From positions 434,001-498,000 of IMG/VR virus record IMGVR_UViG_3300017917_001342: a DNA stretch of 64,000 nucleotides; one strand, given 5' to 3'. The first letter of the stretch is position 1, and each line of letters starts with the position of its first letter. Shown here one piece after another: positions 1-10,818 of the stretch. A program made the translations under genes and the position numbers. A model generated the notes under the pieces. It saw only the letters and a program-made list of their open reading frames with translations, had not been told where the DNA came from and did not search any database.

Positions 1-2
1 CT

Positions 3-3000
3 CAGCGAGAGTATTTGCGTTTTTACAACAGATTTATATCTGCACTGTTCAATTTGTATTCTAACGGTTATACTCTTAATCAATCGCCTAGCGACTGGGT
101 AAGTGTTGCGCTTAAACAAATTAACCTTGGCAAAACTCCTGCTAGTGCATTTGCTAATAGTGGACCAAGTACAACACAGGGTGCGTACTGCGATGTTAAG
201 AGTACTGATCCTACATATGTACCTCCAACAGCTACTCGTCTGGGTTGTGCTCCTGCATATCTTCCAACTGTTTATTACGACCGTGACAATCTAGTAATAC
301 AATGCCATGATGGTGCAAGAATTGTAATGGCAAAAGATGGCTTACCATTGGGCGGTATTGCAAATGGCTTGGCTAGTACAATTAGTCCTGCACTGTTGAC
401 CAATCCTGTTGCAGCAGCATGGTTGCAGTTTGAAATAGATCTGTATTTTAACTTACCATCAAGATATAGAAATCCGCAGGCAACACTTGCATTGGATATC
501 AGAGAATACACACCTGGAAAATGGCGTCAAGGTGATTACACAGTAGACGAATTTAAACAAATCCTGTCTCCTATGTTTGATAAGTGGGTAATTACCAATC
601 AAGTTGATTATCGAGCAAACACTACCTACGACGCAAATGATCCATTCACCTGGAACTACCATAACAGTGCAGATAAAGATGGACTGCCTGTGCCTGGATA
701 TTATCAGGGAATTTATCGCTGGTTCTACGACACAGACAGACCACATACACATCCTTGGGAAATGTTAGGTTTCACACAAGAACCAGATTGGTGGACAGTT
801 GAATACGGTGCAGCACCTTACACCGCAGGCAACGCAGTTATGTGGGAAGACCTAAGAGATGGCTATATAAGACAAGGACCAAGAGCAGGTTACCATCCTA
901 CTTGGGCAAGACCTGGTCTTATGTCATGTATACCAGTTGACAACCAAGGAAATCTATTGCCGCCGCTTGCAGCAGGCACAGTAACAAGTTTGCCTAGCAG
1001 TCAACAAGCACAAGCTGAGTGGGTATTTGGGGATGGGTCTCCGGTAGAATCTGTATGGATATACAGCAACGACTATAATTTCTCTATAGCAGAATACAGT
1101 TACTTGATGAAACCTGCACAGTTCATCGAATACAACTGGGACACAATACGCAGTAAATTAGTGTTTGGTGATCAACCTACTGGACAGTGGGTTTACATTG
1201 ATACCAACAACCGTCGACCAAACGGAGAATTTTATGTACACAGAGAAAATCCGTTAGCAATAGGCGGTAACATACATATACCAAACGAAAGTACGTTAAG
1301 CTACTTTGGTAGTTGTGGTGTTCAACACTGGATAAGCGAGTACCTTGTTAATAGAAATCTCAGTGTAACTCAATATTTCGGTAATATTATAAGAGGTACT
1401 AATGTACAACTTGCTCACCAAATGGGCAGTTTTGTCAGTAGTAATCTTTACTTAACTGCTGATAGTTTTGGTCAAATTGGTTATAAGAGTCAGATAGTAC
1501 CAGCAGAAAACGTAAAAACATATCTGTATAAAAGTTCCAGCATTAAAACAGCGTTCTACACTGGTGTAATCATTACACAGTTAAAAAATGGTTATCGTGT
1601 TGTAGGATACGACGGTGTTAAGCAGTATTTTGAAATCATACCAAGCAATGCGTTTGGGCCAAAGAGCTATGTTGTTGTAGGCAACGAACGTGTAGTATGG
1701 TTTAAACAGGGTGTTGACACTGTTCAACAGATACCATATGGTTATGTGTTTGGTACTAAACAAGAAGTTTTTGACTTCTTAATTGGTTTACAGCGTTTCC
1801 AAGAGCTAGAAGGTTGGGTATTTGACACATATAATAACGACGGAAACTATGTATATGATTGGCAACAAAGTGCTAAAGAATTCCTGTTCTGGAGTCAAGG
1901 TAACTGGGCAAATGGCAATTTTATTGCACTCAGTCCGCTTGCTAATCGTGTAAAATTCCTACAACGTTTTGGCAATATACAGTTTGTCAACGGTATTGTT
2001 GGCGGTACATATCCGCTGCTAGATAAAACTGGTAGTCCTATACAAGGTCAAAACGTAGAAGTATTGCGATACGATGATGAAATTGTAGTTGCTACAACAA
2101 ACATACAAAGCATCTATGGAATACGACTGTTTGCAACCACGCTAGAAAGTATTGTTGTCATAGACAATCAGACAGCGTTTGGAGATATAATTTACGATCC
2201 ATTATATAATCAAGCGCAACCGAGATTAAAACTCTATGCATATCGTACCAATGATTGGAACGGCCGAGTAGATGCACCCGGATATTTCTTGTACCAAAAT
2301 GGTACAGATAACCAGTGGAATCTAGTTGCTAACTTTGAAAAAACTGCTAACGATTTCAGAAAATACTTCAACATAGAACAACCTAAAAACTATGTTACGT
2401 TTGATCCGGTATCTGGTAATTTGGTACAAGCAAGCACAAGTCTTGCAGTTATTGATAATCAGCCTATATCAGAAATAAGCAAACATCTCATAGGTTACCA
2501 GCAAAGAGGATACCTACAAAATCTATTATTAGAAGATAGCACTGAGTTTCAATTCTATCAAGGGTTTATTAGACAAAAAGGTACACGAGGTGCCATTGAC
2601 AAAATACTACGTAATGACAGTGTAATACCTGTCACAAGTGACTTTGTGTATTATGAAGAATATGCGTTACGTATTGCAAGATTTGGTGACACTGCTCTTA
2701 ACATTGGTATTGATTTTATCATACCACAGTCGCTATATGTCAATGACCCGCAACAGATAACAGTGTACGGTACTCAAGGAACTGATAGAGACCTTGATGG
2801 TATCATAGTGCTTATACCTAATGATCCAAGAATTGTAGTACCGCCGCAGAGTTATAGTAGTGTAACCAATCCGTTATTCCCTACACGACCACAAAATGAC
2901 GAATACCGAGACAATGACTATCCAACTACTGGTTACGTTTTAATCGGAGAAACTGACTACACAGTAACAAACACTGCTGCTCTTACCAGTTTGTATAGTA

Positions 3001-6000
3001 CACAATTAGAGTCCAATGTCAGACTTAAAGACGGCGACACCATATGGCAATTTGTTGATGATCAAAACAGTTGGACAGTGTGGCAATATTCAAAAGCCAA
3101 TGTAAACATTGTCAACACATCACCGATTATATTGTCCGGTCAATCTACTGTTATCAACGCAAGCGGTAATGTAGGTGTGTCGCCGGGCGATATTGTAGTA
3201 TTGACAGGTATAAGCAACGTCAATGCGTTGGAAGGTACATGGACTGTTGGTAACATCATAGGCGATGGTAATAGCTTTACAGTTGACACTACTACATTCA
3301 CAGTTGGATCTGGTGGTGAATATTATGCATATAAAAAAGTGCGTTTTGACGACACTGCTGCTAGAGATGCATATCCACCGTTTGGTGGATGGAAGCAAGG
3401 TGATCTAGCCTGGGTCGACAAGACAAATATTGGTCTGCAAGGTTGGGCAGTTTATGAGTATGTAAACAATGCATGGATGCCTAAGCGACTTGAACAACCA
3501 AAAGTTGATGCGGCATTGATGCTTCAAGCTAAACTATACAATAAAAATCAATTAAACGTCTATGGTGATTTAGAATACTATGATCCAGCCAAAGGCTTTA
3601 TACCTAAGCAAGCAAGAAATAATATAAACTTTTCATCTCTATATGATCCAGCATCATACACAGATGGTGATCCAATGCTGTATCCTATAAACTCTTCAAG
3701 AGCATGGGGTCCAGAACATGTTGGCCAAACATGGTGGGATCTAAATGCTGTTCGCTATTATGATTATGAAATAGGTGATACTGCATATCGTTGGCAGCAT
3801 TGGGGAGAAATTGCAACTGACACAACCGTAGATGTGTACGAATGGGTGCAAAGTCCAGTGCTTCCAACTAAATGGGCAGAATTTGTAAAAAATGGATCAA
3901 ATTTTAATCAATATGGTATAGACTATACTCCAAGTGGCACAGTTCTTAATGCAGATAATCCAGCATGGACTACTGCAACAACATACACTGCTGCTGGTAC
4001 TCCTACTACCTACTATTACTTCTGGGTAAAAAATGCATACACAATACCATTCCCACCCGGAAGAGCCGTAACTACCATAGAAATATCAAACCTTATAGCT
4101 GATCCAACTGCATATGGGGTTCCGTGGTATGCTGCTATAGATGATAGAAACATAATAGTTGCAAATGTCGGTAGCATGCTGGTTGCCGATAGTACAGTTC
4201 TTAGTTTGCTCTATACACATAAAGCAAACGAGCAAGTGGACTTTAAAGAGTGGGATCTGGTAAGAGAAAATGATCCCACTAGCATGCCTGCTGACTATTA
4301 TTGGACTAAACTGAAAAACAGTTTAACTGGTAAAGATGGTCTCAGTAATATTGTACCAGATCCATATCTCAGTGATTTGATGAGATATGGTACACTTATA
4401 CGTCCAAGACAAAGTTGGTTTAAAGACCGTACTGCTGCTGCTGCAACATATGTTACCAAAGCAAACCAGTTGCTTCTTGATATATTGCTAGTACCAGATT
4501 CAAACCGCAGCACCTGGGTTGATTATTTCTACGCTGCTGAACCACCACCTGAGGCAGATTACACTGTAGGTACAATCAGCAGTAGAAATGCACTAGGCGG
4601 TACTATCAGTGATGGTAGCACAGTGTTGGTACTTGGCGGCGCAGATACTGCAAATCTTTGGATACTGTATGAATATTCATACAATGGCGGTAACTATCTG
4701 TGGACTGCGATTCGTGTACAAGAATACAACACTCCGAACTACTGGTCGTTTGTTGACTGGTATATGCCAGGATCTGGTGTAACTGCTAACACTATTCCTA
4801 CATATACAGTACCCGACTTGGCAAGCAGAATTACCTATGCTGGAATGCAAAACATCACGGTTAAAGTACTCAACATTGGTGATGGCCGTTGGGCTATATA
4901 TCGCTGGGGTAGTTTTGACGGCATTAATGGGTGGGTAACTGTTGGTTACCAAGATGGTACAATTCAAATCAATGATGGCATCTACAACGGCACTATCAAC
5001 ACTATGATGTGGGATACTACACCGTTTGACAGTGTTACATTTGACATCTATCCATATATAGAATTTGGTTACATCATTGACGGTTTGAGATATTCAGTGT
5101 TCGAAGACATTGATCCTCATAACTCATCTGGCAGCGCACCACTTAACAATCTATTCTTTACTATGATAAACTATGTGTTGGTAGAGCAAGGATTTGTTGA
5201 TTGGATAATCAAAACCAGTTACATTGTCCTTAAAGGTTTCAATATACCTCTAAGTACAAGTACTCTTTATAAGCCAGATAGTACAAGTTCGTTGTTGGCC
5301 TACATCAATGAAGTCAAACCATACCATGCCAAGGTGCGCGATTTTGTTACAGGTCGCACTTGGCAAGACAATGCCTATGTACATTCTACCGATTTTGATA
5401 ATCCTGCAAACGTATCAGTCTCAACAAACATTGCATATAGCAATGTAGACTGGCAAAACAATTATCTTACAAATCCGCAGCTTATACGTACACTAAAAAC
5501 CAAATTGATATTTGACCGAGTAGCTTCATTCCCAGAAGGCTGGGATACTAAACCTTGGGCCTCTGTTGGTTGGCAGCTTGAATCTGGTGCATTGAACCCA
5601 GAATTGATTGATTGGGGTGCCTGGACTCGTATTCAAGAATACTATGCACCTGGTCCGGATATGATAAGAAAAGATGATCCAAACTTGATCACTAATAGTG
5701 ATTACAGAGGCATCATCATTGACAGTATAGGTTTTAGATTCAGACCAGGCTGGGATCTTGCACCATGGGATTCGATAACTGGTTGGCAAGCAGACCAACG
5801 CAGTTTTGACAACTATCTTGATTTAATCATTGAAGGTGGTGTTGCGCCTCAATATGATTACTACTACGGCACAGGTACCAAAGTGTCGTTCAAGCTATCG
5901 AGAATACCACAGGACCCAGCAAGTGTTGTAGTATGGTCGGATCAGGTACTGCGAGACTATGGTGTGGATTGGATAATACCAAACCACGTTACATCTATGT

Positions 6001-8909
6001 TAATAGTACAAGGTGGTTCTCTGTATAGTGTAGGAGACAAGCTACAACTTGATTTCGAACCATACAATTCACCTACCTGTGTTACAGTAACTGAAGTTGA
6101 TGTCAATGGTGCAATCGTTTCAGTATCTATTGACACTAAAGGTCAATATGACATATTCACTGGTACAGAACTGCCATTGATTTACAGACCATATTACTAT
6201 GGTAGTGGTACAGGTGCTATTGTTAAACCTGTATGGGGCAGTAACACACTGGTATTTAGAAATCCACCAAGCAGTAATGCTTCACCTAATGTGTATGTAC
6301 TGTATGTTGGTACTACATTTATTGAAGCACCTACTGGTTCGCTTGATATCATTACAGATGGCAATCAATTTGTACAACCATATATTGCAGAAGATCATGC
6401 TGAGGAACTCTACACTACAAATATTCTAGAAAATATCAGAATGGACACCTACACAGAGCCTGCAGGTGGTGCACCAGTCATTTACATGAGAGTGTACCAG
6501 TTGAATGGTTTACAGGACCAATTTGATATGGGCCTACGTCCTATGAATACCAGCAGTGTTATTGTACAAAAAGACGGTGTGGTGTTAACATACGGTTTAG
6601 CAAATGATTACATTATCAATTGGGAAAGTAACCGTGTGGTGTTCTTACTACCGCCAACTGGTACATCACTACAGATAATGACTATATCCTCCGGTGGTAC
6701 TGGAACCGGAATTTACAATCCAATAGTTGTTAACAACGGTATAGGCTATGCTACTGGTGATATTGTTACATTTGCAGGCGGCAACGTTGTAGATTATAAT
6801 TTTGCATCTGTACAAGTAACTGCTGTAATGGCATCGCAATTAGAAATTGTAAGCAGTGGTAACGGTTATGCAGTTGGCGATGTTCTGATATTAGAAGACG
6901 ATTTTGCAACAGCAAAAACCTATGCTGTAGAATTAACTGTTACAGGTGTTGCAACCAATGGCGCAATAACAACTGTGGAGATTACTCAATCTGGTGAATA
7001 TCAATATACACCGTTATCAAACGTATGGCGCACTTCCGGTAACGGAACCGGTGCAGTAATTGATATACTTTGGGGTATTGAAAGTGTATCAAGCGTTAAC
7101 ACTGGTCTTTATATAAATCATCCGGAAACACCAATTCAACAATTGACTACAACTGGTAACGGTGTAGATGCAACATTCTCTTCGTTGTATACATTTGTAC
7201 GATGCCAAAATGTGTTCAAAGCAAATGGTTCGGTAAATCAATTTGAAATAGATTTCCCTGTTCCAAACAACGACACTAGTATGTTACTGGTAACAGTTGA
7301 CGGTGTGGTAACTAACTTTGTAAATGCAAACGGTCGTGACATAACAGTAATAAACGTACCGCCTGCAAACAGTATTGTTAGCATCACATTGTTTACAAGT
7401 AACAATTTCAGTGTTGTAAATGACCAGACAGTTATTTTACAAACTGGCATTTATGCTTATGCATTGTCTAGTTTGCCATACAGTACAACACCTCCATACT
7501 TGAGCACTACAGTAACACTGAATGGTAATGAATTAACTGCACCATACAGCGACCTGTTTAAAGCAAACGGATATGTAAACGAATACACTGCAACATACAT
7601 GCCATCTAATACTGCATATTTGCAAGTATGGCTCAATGGTTATCTGTTAACAGAGAACACAGAATACACAATTTCTGGTAATAAGGTAATATTCTATGTT
7701 GCACCAACAGCAGGTGCAATTGTTGTGCTTCTAGTAACAGACCCAACATATCCATATGATTATACTATAGAAGGTAACTTTATACGATTGGCAACAACTG
7801 TACCGTTTGTGAACGGCGACGAACTTAAAATAGTAACTTACAGCGAAGATACTAGTTATAAGTTTAGAACACAGACTTTTGCTGGTCCTATGTATCCTAT
7901 AGTACCTGGCAATGCGCCCGGTACATATCTATTAGCAGATAGACCGTGGAACGACAATGCCTTGATGGTCTGGGTTAACAACACGATACAAACCCTAATG
8001 TACGACTATAGATATGAAATAACAGATGGTATATCTGGTTGGGACGTAACACCTTGGGACACATATGGTTGGAATGCTGAATTTGCAGGCGACGGTGTAA
8101 TTATATTTGGTGACAATATTGCACATAGTTCAAGCGACACCGTTTATGTACAATACATGAGTGGTATGCCACAGAAGGTTGCAACCGCATTCAGAACCGT
8201 GAATACTGGCAATACAACCGTCAACAGCATTGCAATTAACAATGCTAGAAGCACCGTACTGCTATCAAATATGTCTGTGCTAGCTGATGCAATAGAAGTA
8301 TCGGACTATACAGTATTGAGCATGCCAACTGAATCTCAACCTGGTGCAGTGTGGATCAACAACGAACGAATTGCATTCTGGACAGTTGACTATGCACCTA
8401 CTATTGAATATCCAAATCGTGCATTCTTAAAAACATTACAGCGCGGTACGTACAACACACCAAGTGGTAATGTAAGCACATTGTATAACACGATATTTTA
8501 CGATGGCGATGGTCAGACCACATACTTTGCAACAGCGGAAGGTACACAGCCATTAGGCGGACCCGAAGTAGTTTATGTAGGAAATGCAATACAAGTGGAC
8601 GTTACTGTCGATTCTGATATAGGTACATACAGTATTGTGATTAATCCCGACGGATATCCAGCTGGCAGATATGTTAAATTTGAAACTGCACCACCATCTG
8701 GTTGGAGAAACGTTAGACTGTGTGCTCCTACATTAGAAGCAAAAATCACTAGTTTTGTTAGCCATCCAGTAAATTCGACTGTATTGGATGGCGGGTATGA
8801 CGTAGAAATACCAGGCGGATACGGATGGCAACCTGCACCAAATGGTTTGCAATACAATAAAACAGCTATGGCAAACTTCCTATTAGAGAACTCTGGTACA
8901 AGGAACTAA
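3..8909 (+). CDS. Giant virion structural protein, probable baseplate wedge/hub (5'-truncated by the window edge)
   Basis: The frame is open from base 3, so the true start lies upstream. >2960 aa, rich in beta-strand/Tyr/Trp, with repeated YxGxGxxxxF and DYxIxxNxxxF modules and GWDxxPWD motifs. Followed by other structural genes. Resembles large baseplate proteins of jumbo myophages (recall). Confidence 0.7.
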   Translation, partial: QREYLRFYNRFISALFNLYSNGYTLNQSPSDWVSVALKQINLGKTPASAFANSGPSTTQGAYCDVKSTDPTYVPPTATRLGCAPAYLPTVYYDRDNLVIQCHDGARIVMAKDGLPLGGIANGLASTISPALLTNPVAAAWLQFEIDLYFNLPSRYRNPQATLALDIREYTPGKWRQGDYTVDEFKQILSPMFDKWVITNQVDYRANTTYDANDPFTWNYHNSADKDGLPVPGYYQGIYRWFYDTDRPHTHPWEMLGFTQEPDWWTVEYGAAPYTAGNAVMWEDLRDGYIRQGPRAGYHPTWARPGLMSCIPVDNQGNLLPPLAAGTVTSLPSSQQAQAEWVFGDGSPVESVWIYSNDYNFSIAEYSYLMKPAQFIEYNWDTIRSKLVFGDQPTGQWVYIDTNNRRPNGEFYVHRENPLAIGGNIHIPNESTLSYFGSCGVQHWISEYLVNRNLSVTQYFGNIIRGTNVQLAHQMGSFVSSNLYLTADSFGQIGYKSQIVPAENVKTYLYKSSSIKTAFYTGVIITQLKNGYRVVGYDGVKQYFEIIPSNAFGPKSYVVVGNERVVWFKQGVDTVQQIPYGYVFGTKQEVFDFLIGLQRFQELEGWVFDTYNNDGNYVYDWQQSAKEFLFWSQGNWANGNFIALSPLANRVKFLQRFGNIQFVNGIVGGTYPLLDKTGSPIQGQNVEVLRYDDEIVVATTNIQSIYGIRLFATTLESIVVIDNQTAFGDIIYDPLYNQAQPRLKLYAYRTNDWNGRVDAPGYFLYQNGTDNQWNLVANFEKTANDFRKYFNIEQPKNYVTFDPVSGNLVQASTSLAVIDNQPISEISKHLIGYQQRGYLQNLLLEDSTEFQFYQGFIRQKGTRGAIDKILRNDSVIPVTSDFVYYEEYALRIARFGDTALNIGIDFIIPQSLYVNDPQQITVYGTQGTDRDLDGIIVLIPNDPRIVVPPQSYSSVTNPLFPTRPQNDEYRDNDYPTTGYVLIGETDYTVTNTAALTSLYSTQLESNVRLKDGDTIWQFVDDQNSWTVWQYSKANVNIVNTSPIILSGQSTVINASGNVGVSPGDIVVLTGISNVNALEGTWTVGNIIGDGNSFTVDTTTFTVGSGGEYYAYKKVRFDDTAARDAYPPFGGWKQGDLAWVDKTNIGLQGWAVYEYVNNAWMPKRLEQPKVDAALMLQAKLYNKNQLNVYGDLEYYDPAKGFIPKQARNNINFSSLYDPASYTDGDPMLYPINSSRAWGPEHVGQTWWDLNAVRYYDYEIGDTAYRWQHWGEIATDTTVDVYEWVQSPVLPTKWAEFVKNGSNFNQYGIDYTPSGTVLNADNPAWTTATTYTAAGTPTTYYYFWVKNAYTIPFPPGRAVTTIEISNLIADPTAYGVPWYAAIDDRNIIVANVGSMLVADSTVLSLLYTHKANEQVDFKEWDLVRENDPTSMPADYYWTKLKNSLTGKDGLSNIVPDPYLSDLMRYGTLIRPRQSWFKDRTAAAATYVTKANQLLLDILLVPDSNRSTWVDYFYAAEPPPEADYTVGTISSRNALGGTISDGSTVLVLGGADTANLWILYEYSYNGGNYLWTAIRVQEYNTPNYWSFVDWYMPGSGVTANTIPTYTVPDLASRITYAGMQNITVKVLNIGDGRWAIYRWGSFDGINGWVTVGYQDGTIQINDGIYNGTINTMMWDTTPFDSVTFDIYPYIEFGYIIDGLRYSVFEDIDPHNSSGSAPLNNLFFTMINYVLVEQGFVDWIIKTSYIVLKGFNIPLSTSTLYKPDSTSSLLAYINEVKPYHAKVRDFVTGRTWQDNAYVHSTDFDNPANVSVSTNIAYSNVDWQNNYLTNPQLIRTLKTKLIFDRVASFPEGWDTKPWASVGWQLESGALNPELIDWGAWTRIQEYYAPGPDMIRKDDPNLITNSDYRGIIIDSIGFRFRPGWDLAPWDSITGWQADQRSFDNYLDLIIEGGVAPQYDYYYGTGTKVSFKLSRIPQDPASVVVWSDQVLRDYGVDWIIPNHVTSMLIVQGGSLYSVGDKLQLDFEPYNSPTCVTVTEVDVNGAIVSVSIDTKGQYDIFTGTELPLIYRPYYYGSGTGAIVKPVWGSNTLVFRNPPSSNASPNVYVLYVGTTFIEAPTGSLDIITDGNQFVQPYIAEDHAEELYTTNILENIRMDTYTEPAGGAPVIYMRVYQLNGLQDQFDMGLRPMNTSSVIVQKDGVVLTYGLANDYIINWESNRVVFLLPPTGTSLQIMTISSGGTGTGIYNPIVVNNGIGYATGDIVTFAGGNVVDYNFASVQVTAVMASQLEIVSSGNGYAVGDVLILEDDFATAKTYAVELTVTGVATNGAITTVEITQSGEYQYTPLSNVWRTSGNGTGAVIDILWGIESVSSVNTGLYINHPETPIQQLTTTGNGVDATFSSLYTFVRCQNVFKANGSVNQFEIDFPVPNNDTSMLLVTVDGVVTNFVNANGRDITVINVPPANSIVSITLFTSNNFSVVNDQTVILQTGIYAYALSSLPYSTTPPYLSTTVTLNGNELTAPYSDLFKANGYVNEYTATYMPSNTAYLQVWLNGYLLTENTEYTISGNKVIFYVAPTAGAIVVLLVTDPTYPYDYTIEGNFIRLATTVPFVNGDELKIVTYSEDTSYKFRTQTFAGPMYPIVPGNAPGTYLLADRPWNDNALMVWVNNTIQTLMYDYRYEITDGISGWDVTPWDTYGWNAEFAGDGVIIFGDNIAHSSSDTVYVQYMSGMPQKVATAFRTVNTGNTTVNSIAINNARSTVLLSNMSVLADAIEVSDYTVLSMPTESQPGAVWINNERIAFWTVDYAPTIEYPNRAFLKTLQRGTYNTPSGNVSTLYNTIFYDGDGQTTYFATAEGTQPLGGPEVVYVGNAIQVDVTVDSDIGTYSIVINPDGYPAGRYVKFETAPPSGWRNVRLCAPTLEAKITSFVSHPVNSTVLDGGYDVEIPGGYGWQPAPNGLQYNKTAMANFLLENSGTRN

Positions 8910-8912
8910 ATA
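8907..8912 (+). promoter_or_regulatory. T4-type late promoter core (TAAATA)
   Basis: CTAAATA lies 4 nt before the ATG at 8917. The same motif recurs in correct orientation before many genes. Confidence 0.6.
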
Positions 8913-8916
8913 ACTC

Positions 8917-9054
8917 ATGATAGATAAACAAAATGTACCAGATGAAACAGCTAATAAACCGTTACCTGACGAAGATGGCACTGTCATGGTGTATGGCTTT
9001 GTTCAAATCAAAGATTTGGACACGGGCGAAGTTATTGTGAATGTGAGGTCTTAA
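8917..9054 (+). CDS. 45-aa small protein (absent from the ORF track)
   Basis: Translates as MIDKQNVPDETANKPLPDEDGTVMVYGFVQIKDLDTGEVIVNVRS*. It fills the gap exactly, follows TAAATA, and resembles the N-terminus of the next gene. Confidence 0.75.
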   Translation: MIDKQNVPDETANKPLPDEDGTVMVYGFVQIKDLDTGEVIVNVRS

Positions 9055-9057
9055 TAC

Positions 9058-9654
9058 ATGGCAATGATAGATTCGTCAGATCAATGGATTACAGGACATG
9101 TCCTGATTAAAGACTTGTCTACAAATGAAATATTAGTAGACAAGTTTAATGCTATCAACTACGAAAATTTCAGTATCAGTTTAGCAAGAACTATTGCAAA
9201 CAGACCTGATAGTTGGATACAGGAAATGTGTTTTGGTAACGGTGGCGCTCAAGTTAGCGAAACTGGTACTATAACATATCTACCTCCTAACGTAGTAGGA
9301 CAAACAGCAGAGTTATACAATCAAACCTATTATAAAGTTGTTGACGATCAAAGTCCATTGGACGTAGACCCGGCACAGAATTATATTAGCGTTTCTCACA
9401 TCGATGGCGCTACATTTACTGATGTAATAGTAACTTGTACCCTTGGATTATCCGAACCATCTGGACAAGATGCATTTGATACTGCAACAAATTTATCTGG
9501 AGATTACGTATTCAATGAATTAGGTCTAAAGGCTTACAGTTCTAATGGCCCGAATACAGGACGACTATTAAGTCACGTTATATTCAGTCCTGTACAAAAA
9601 AGTCTAAATAGACAAATTCAAGTAGTTTATACAATACGTATTCAAACAGTGTAA
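9058..9654 (+). CDS. Baseplate/tail-associated structural protein
   Basis: 198 aa with FGNGG...ITY...LYNQTYYKVVD and EPSGQDAFD...VFNELGL motifs; located in the structural cluster. Confidence 0.6.
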   Translation: MAMIDSSDQWITGHVLIKDLSTNEILVDKFNAINYENFSISLARTIANRPDSWIQEMCFGNGGAQVSETGTITYLPPNVVGQTAELYNQTYYKVVDDQSPLDVDPAQNYISVSHIDGATFTDVIVTCTLGLSEPSGQDAFDTATNLSGDYVFNELGLKAYSSNGPNTGRLLSHVIFSPVQKSLNRQIQVVYTIRIQTV

Positions 9655-9662
9655 GAAGGGAT

Positions 9663-9668
9663 TAAATA
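9663..9668 (+). promoter_or_regulatory. Late promoter core TAAATA overlapping a small hairpin (aaatatg-ccag-catattt, 9664-9681)
   Basis: Intergenic, correctly oriented upstream of the ATG at 9696. Confidence 0.55.
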
Positions 9669-9695
9669 TGCCAGCATATTTCACAGGTAAACAAC

Positions 9696-10817
9696 ATGGC
9701 AACTAACATATATCAATTTAACGGAACTTTGTTGGCGACCGTGGCAGATGGCACGCTTAACACTTCTGCGGCACCAATAGCATTCCCTGGTAAGGGATAT
9801 AGTAACTACGGCGCACCCGTAATGCAAGACATTCTTTGGGTGATGCAAAATTTTGCAGGTGCAGTAACACCTACTCCTGCAATGCAAGGGATGTTTTGGT
9901 ATGACACTGGTAGCAGTAGCTTAAAACTCTATACAGGCAGCACTTGGAATAGTGTTTTCAAAGATAACCAAAACAATTTACCGGCTGCCGACGGTACGTA
10001 TTCTTTAGGATCACCTACATTTAAATTCAGTGATGTTGTAGCTAATACTTTAATTGCACAATCTGAAGAAGCTACAGGTGCTGCTGGTCCAGACGTTGCG
10101 CTGTTTAGAAATAGTCCTTCGCCCGCAGCCAATGATGATATTGGTAGAATAGTTTTCAGCGGTAACAATTCTTCCAATAGTGAAATTGTATACGGTCGCA
10201 TAAAAAATAAAATTGTAAGTCCAACTGGCGGCAATGAACAAAGCACTTTGCAATTTGCTGTGCAGAAAAACGGTTCAATAACAACAGTGCTTAACCTCAA
10301 CAGTGATGGTTCAACTGAGATGCTGTACAATGCATCAGTGGCCGGTAATTTAACTGTTACAGGCAATGTTGTATCAACTACTGGTGGCATGTATGCAGAT
10401 GTGTTCTACGGTGTTGCAACATCTGCTAGATATGCAGACGTTGCAGAACGTTATGAATCTGATGCTGTTTTAGAAGTAGGCGATGTTGTTGTCATAGGCG
10501 GCGAAAAAGAAATTACCAAATCTACAATTGACTGCGACGTTAATGTATTTGGCGTAATATCTGATAAACCTGCATTAAAGATGAACGATAAAGCAGGCAA
10601 CGACAAAACACATCCACTTGTTGCACTGTTGGGTAGAACACCTTGTAAAGTGCTAGGACCTGTAGGCAAAGGTCAACGTTTAGTAGCAAGTAGTATACCT
10701 GGTGTTGCTCGAGCAGCACATGGTAATGAACCTTCGCTATCTATTTTAGGCAGGTCATTAGAAGCAAAAACTACTGATGGTATCGAATTAGTTGAGATTG
10801 TTATAGGACGTTCGTAA
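9696..10817 (+). CDS. Tail fibre/spike protein with C-terminal peptidase G2-like intramolecular chaperone domain
   Basis: N-terminal GKGYSNYG...QNFAG...QGMFWYD baseplate-attachment motif. C-terminal ARYADVAERY...GDVVVIGG...VALLGRTPCKV. Confidence 0.65.
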   Translation: MATNIYQFNGTLLATVADGTLNTSAAPIAFPGKGYSNYGAPVMQDILWVMQNFAGAVTPTPAMQGMFWYDTGSSSLKLYTGSTWNSVFKDNQNNLPAADGTYSLGSPTFKFSDVVANTLIAQSEEATGAAGPDVALFRNSPSPAANDDIGRIVFSGNNSSNSEIVYGRIKNKIVSPTGGNEQSTLQFAVQKNGSITTVLNLNSDGSTEMLYNASVAGNLTVTGNVVSTTGGMYADVFYGVATSARYADVAERYESDAVLEVGDVVVIGGEKEITKSTIDCDVNVFGVISDKPALKMNDKAGNDKTHPLVALLGRTPCKVLGPVGKGQRLVASSIPGVARAAHGNEPSLSILGRSLEAKTTDGIELVEIVIGRS

Positions 10818-10818
10818 T

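Noticed and set aside
9929-10669. Antisense ORFs within the tail spike gene (and similar short overlapping ORFs throughout the track)
   Set aside because: They lie fully inside well-supported genes on the other strand or frame, with no motifs or RBS.
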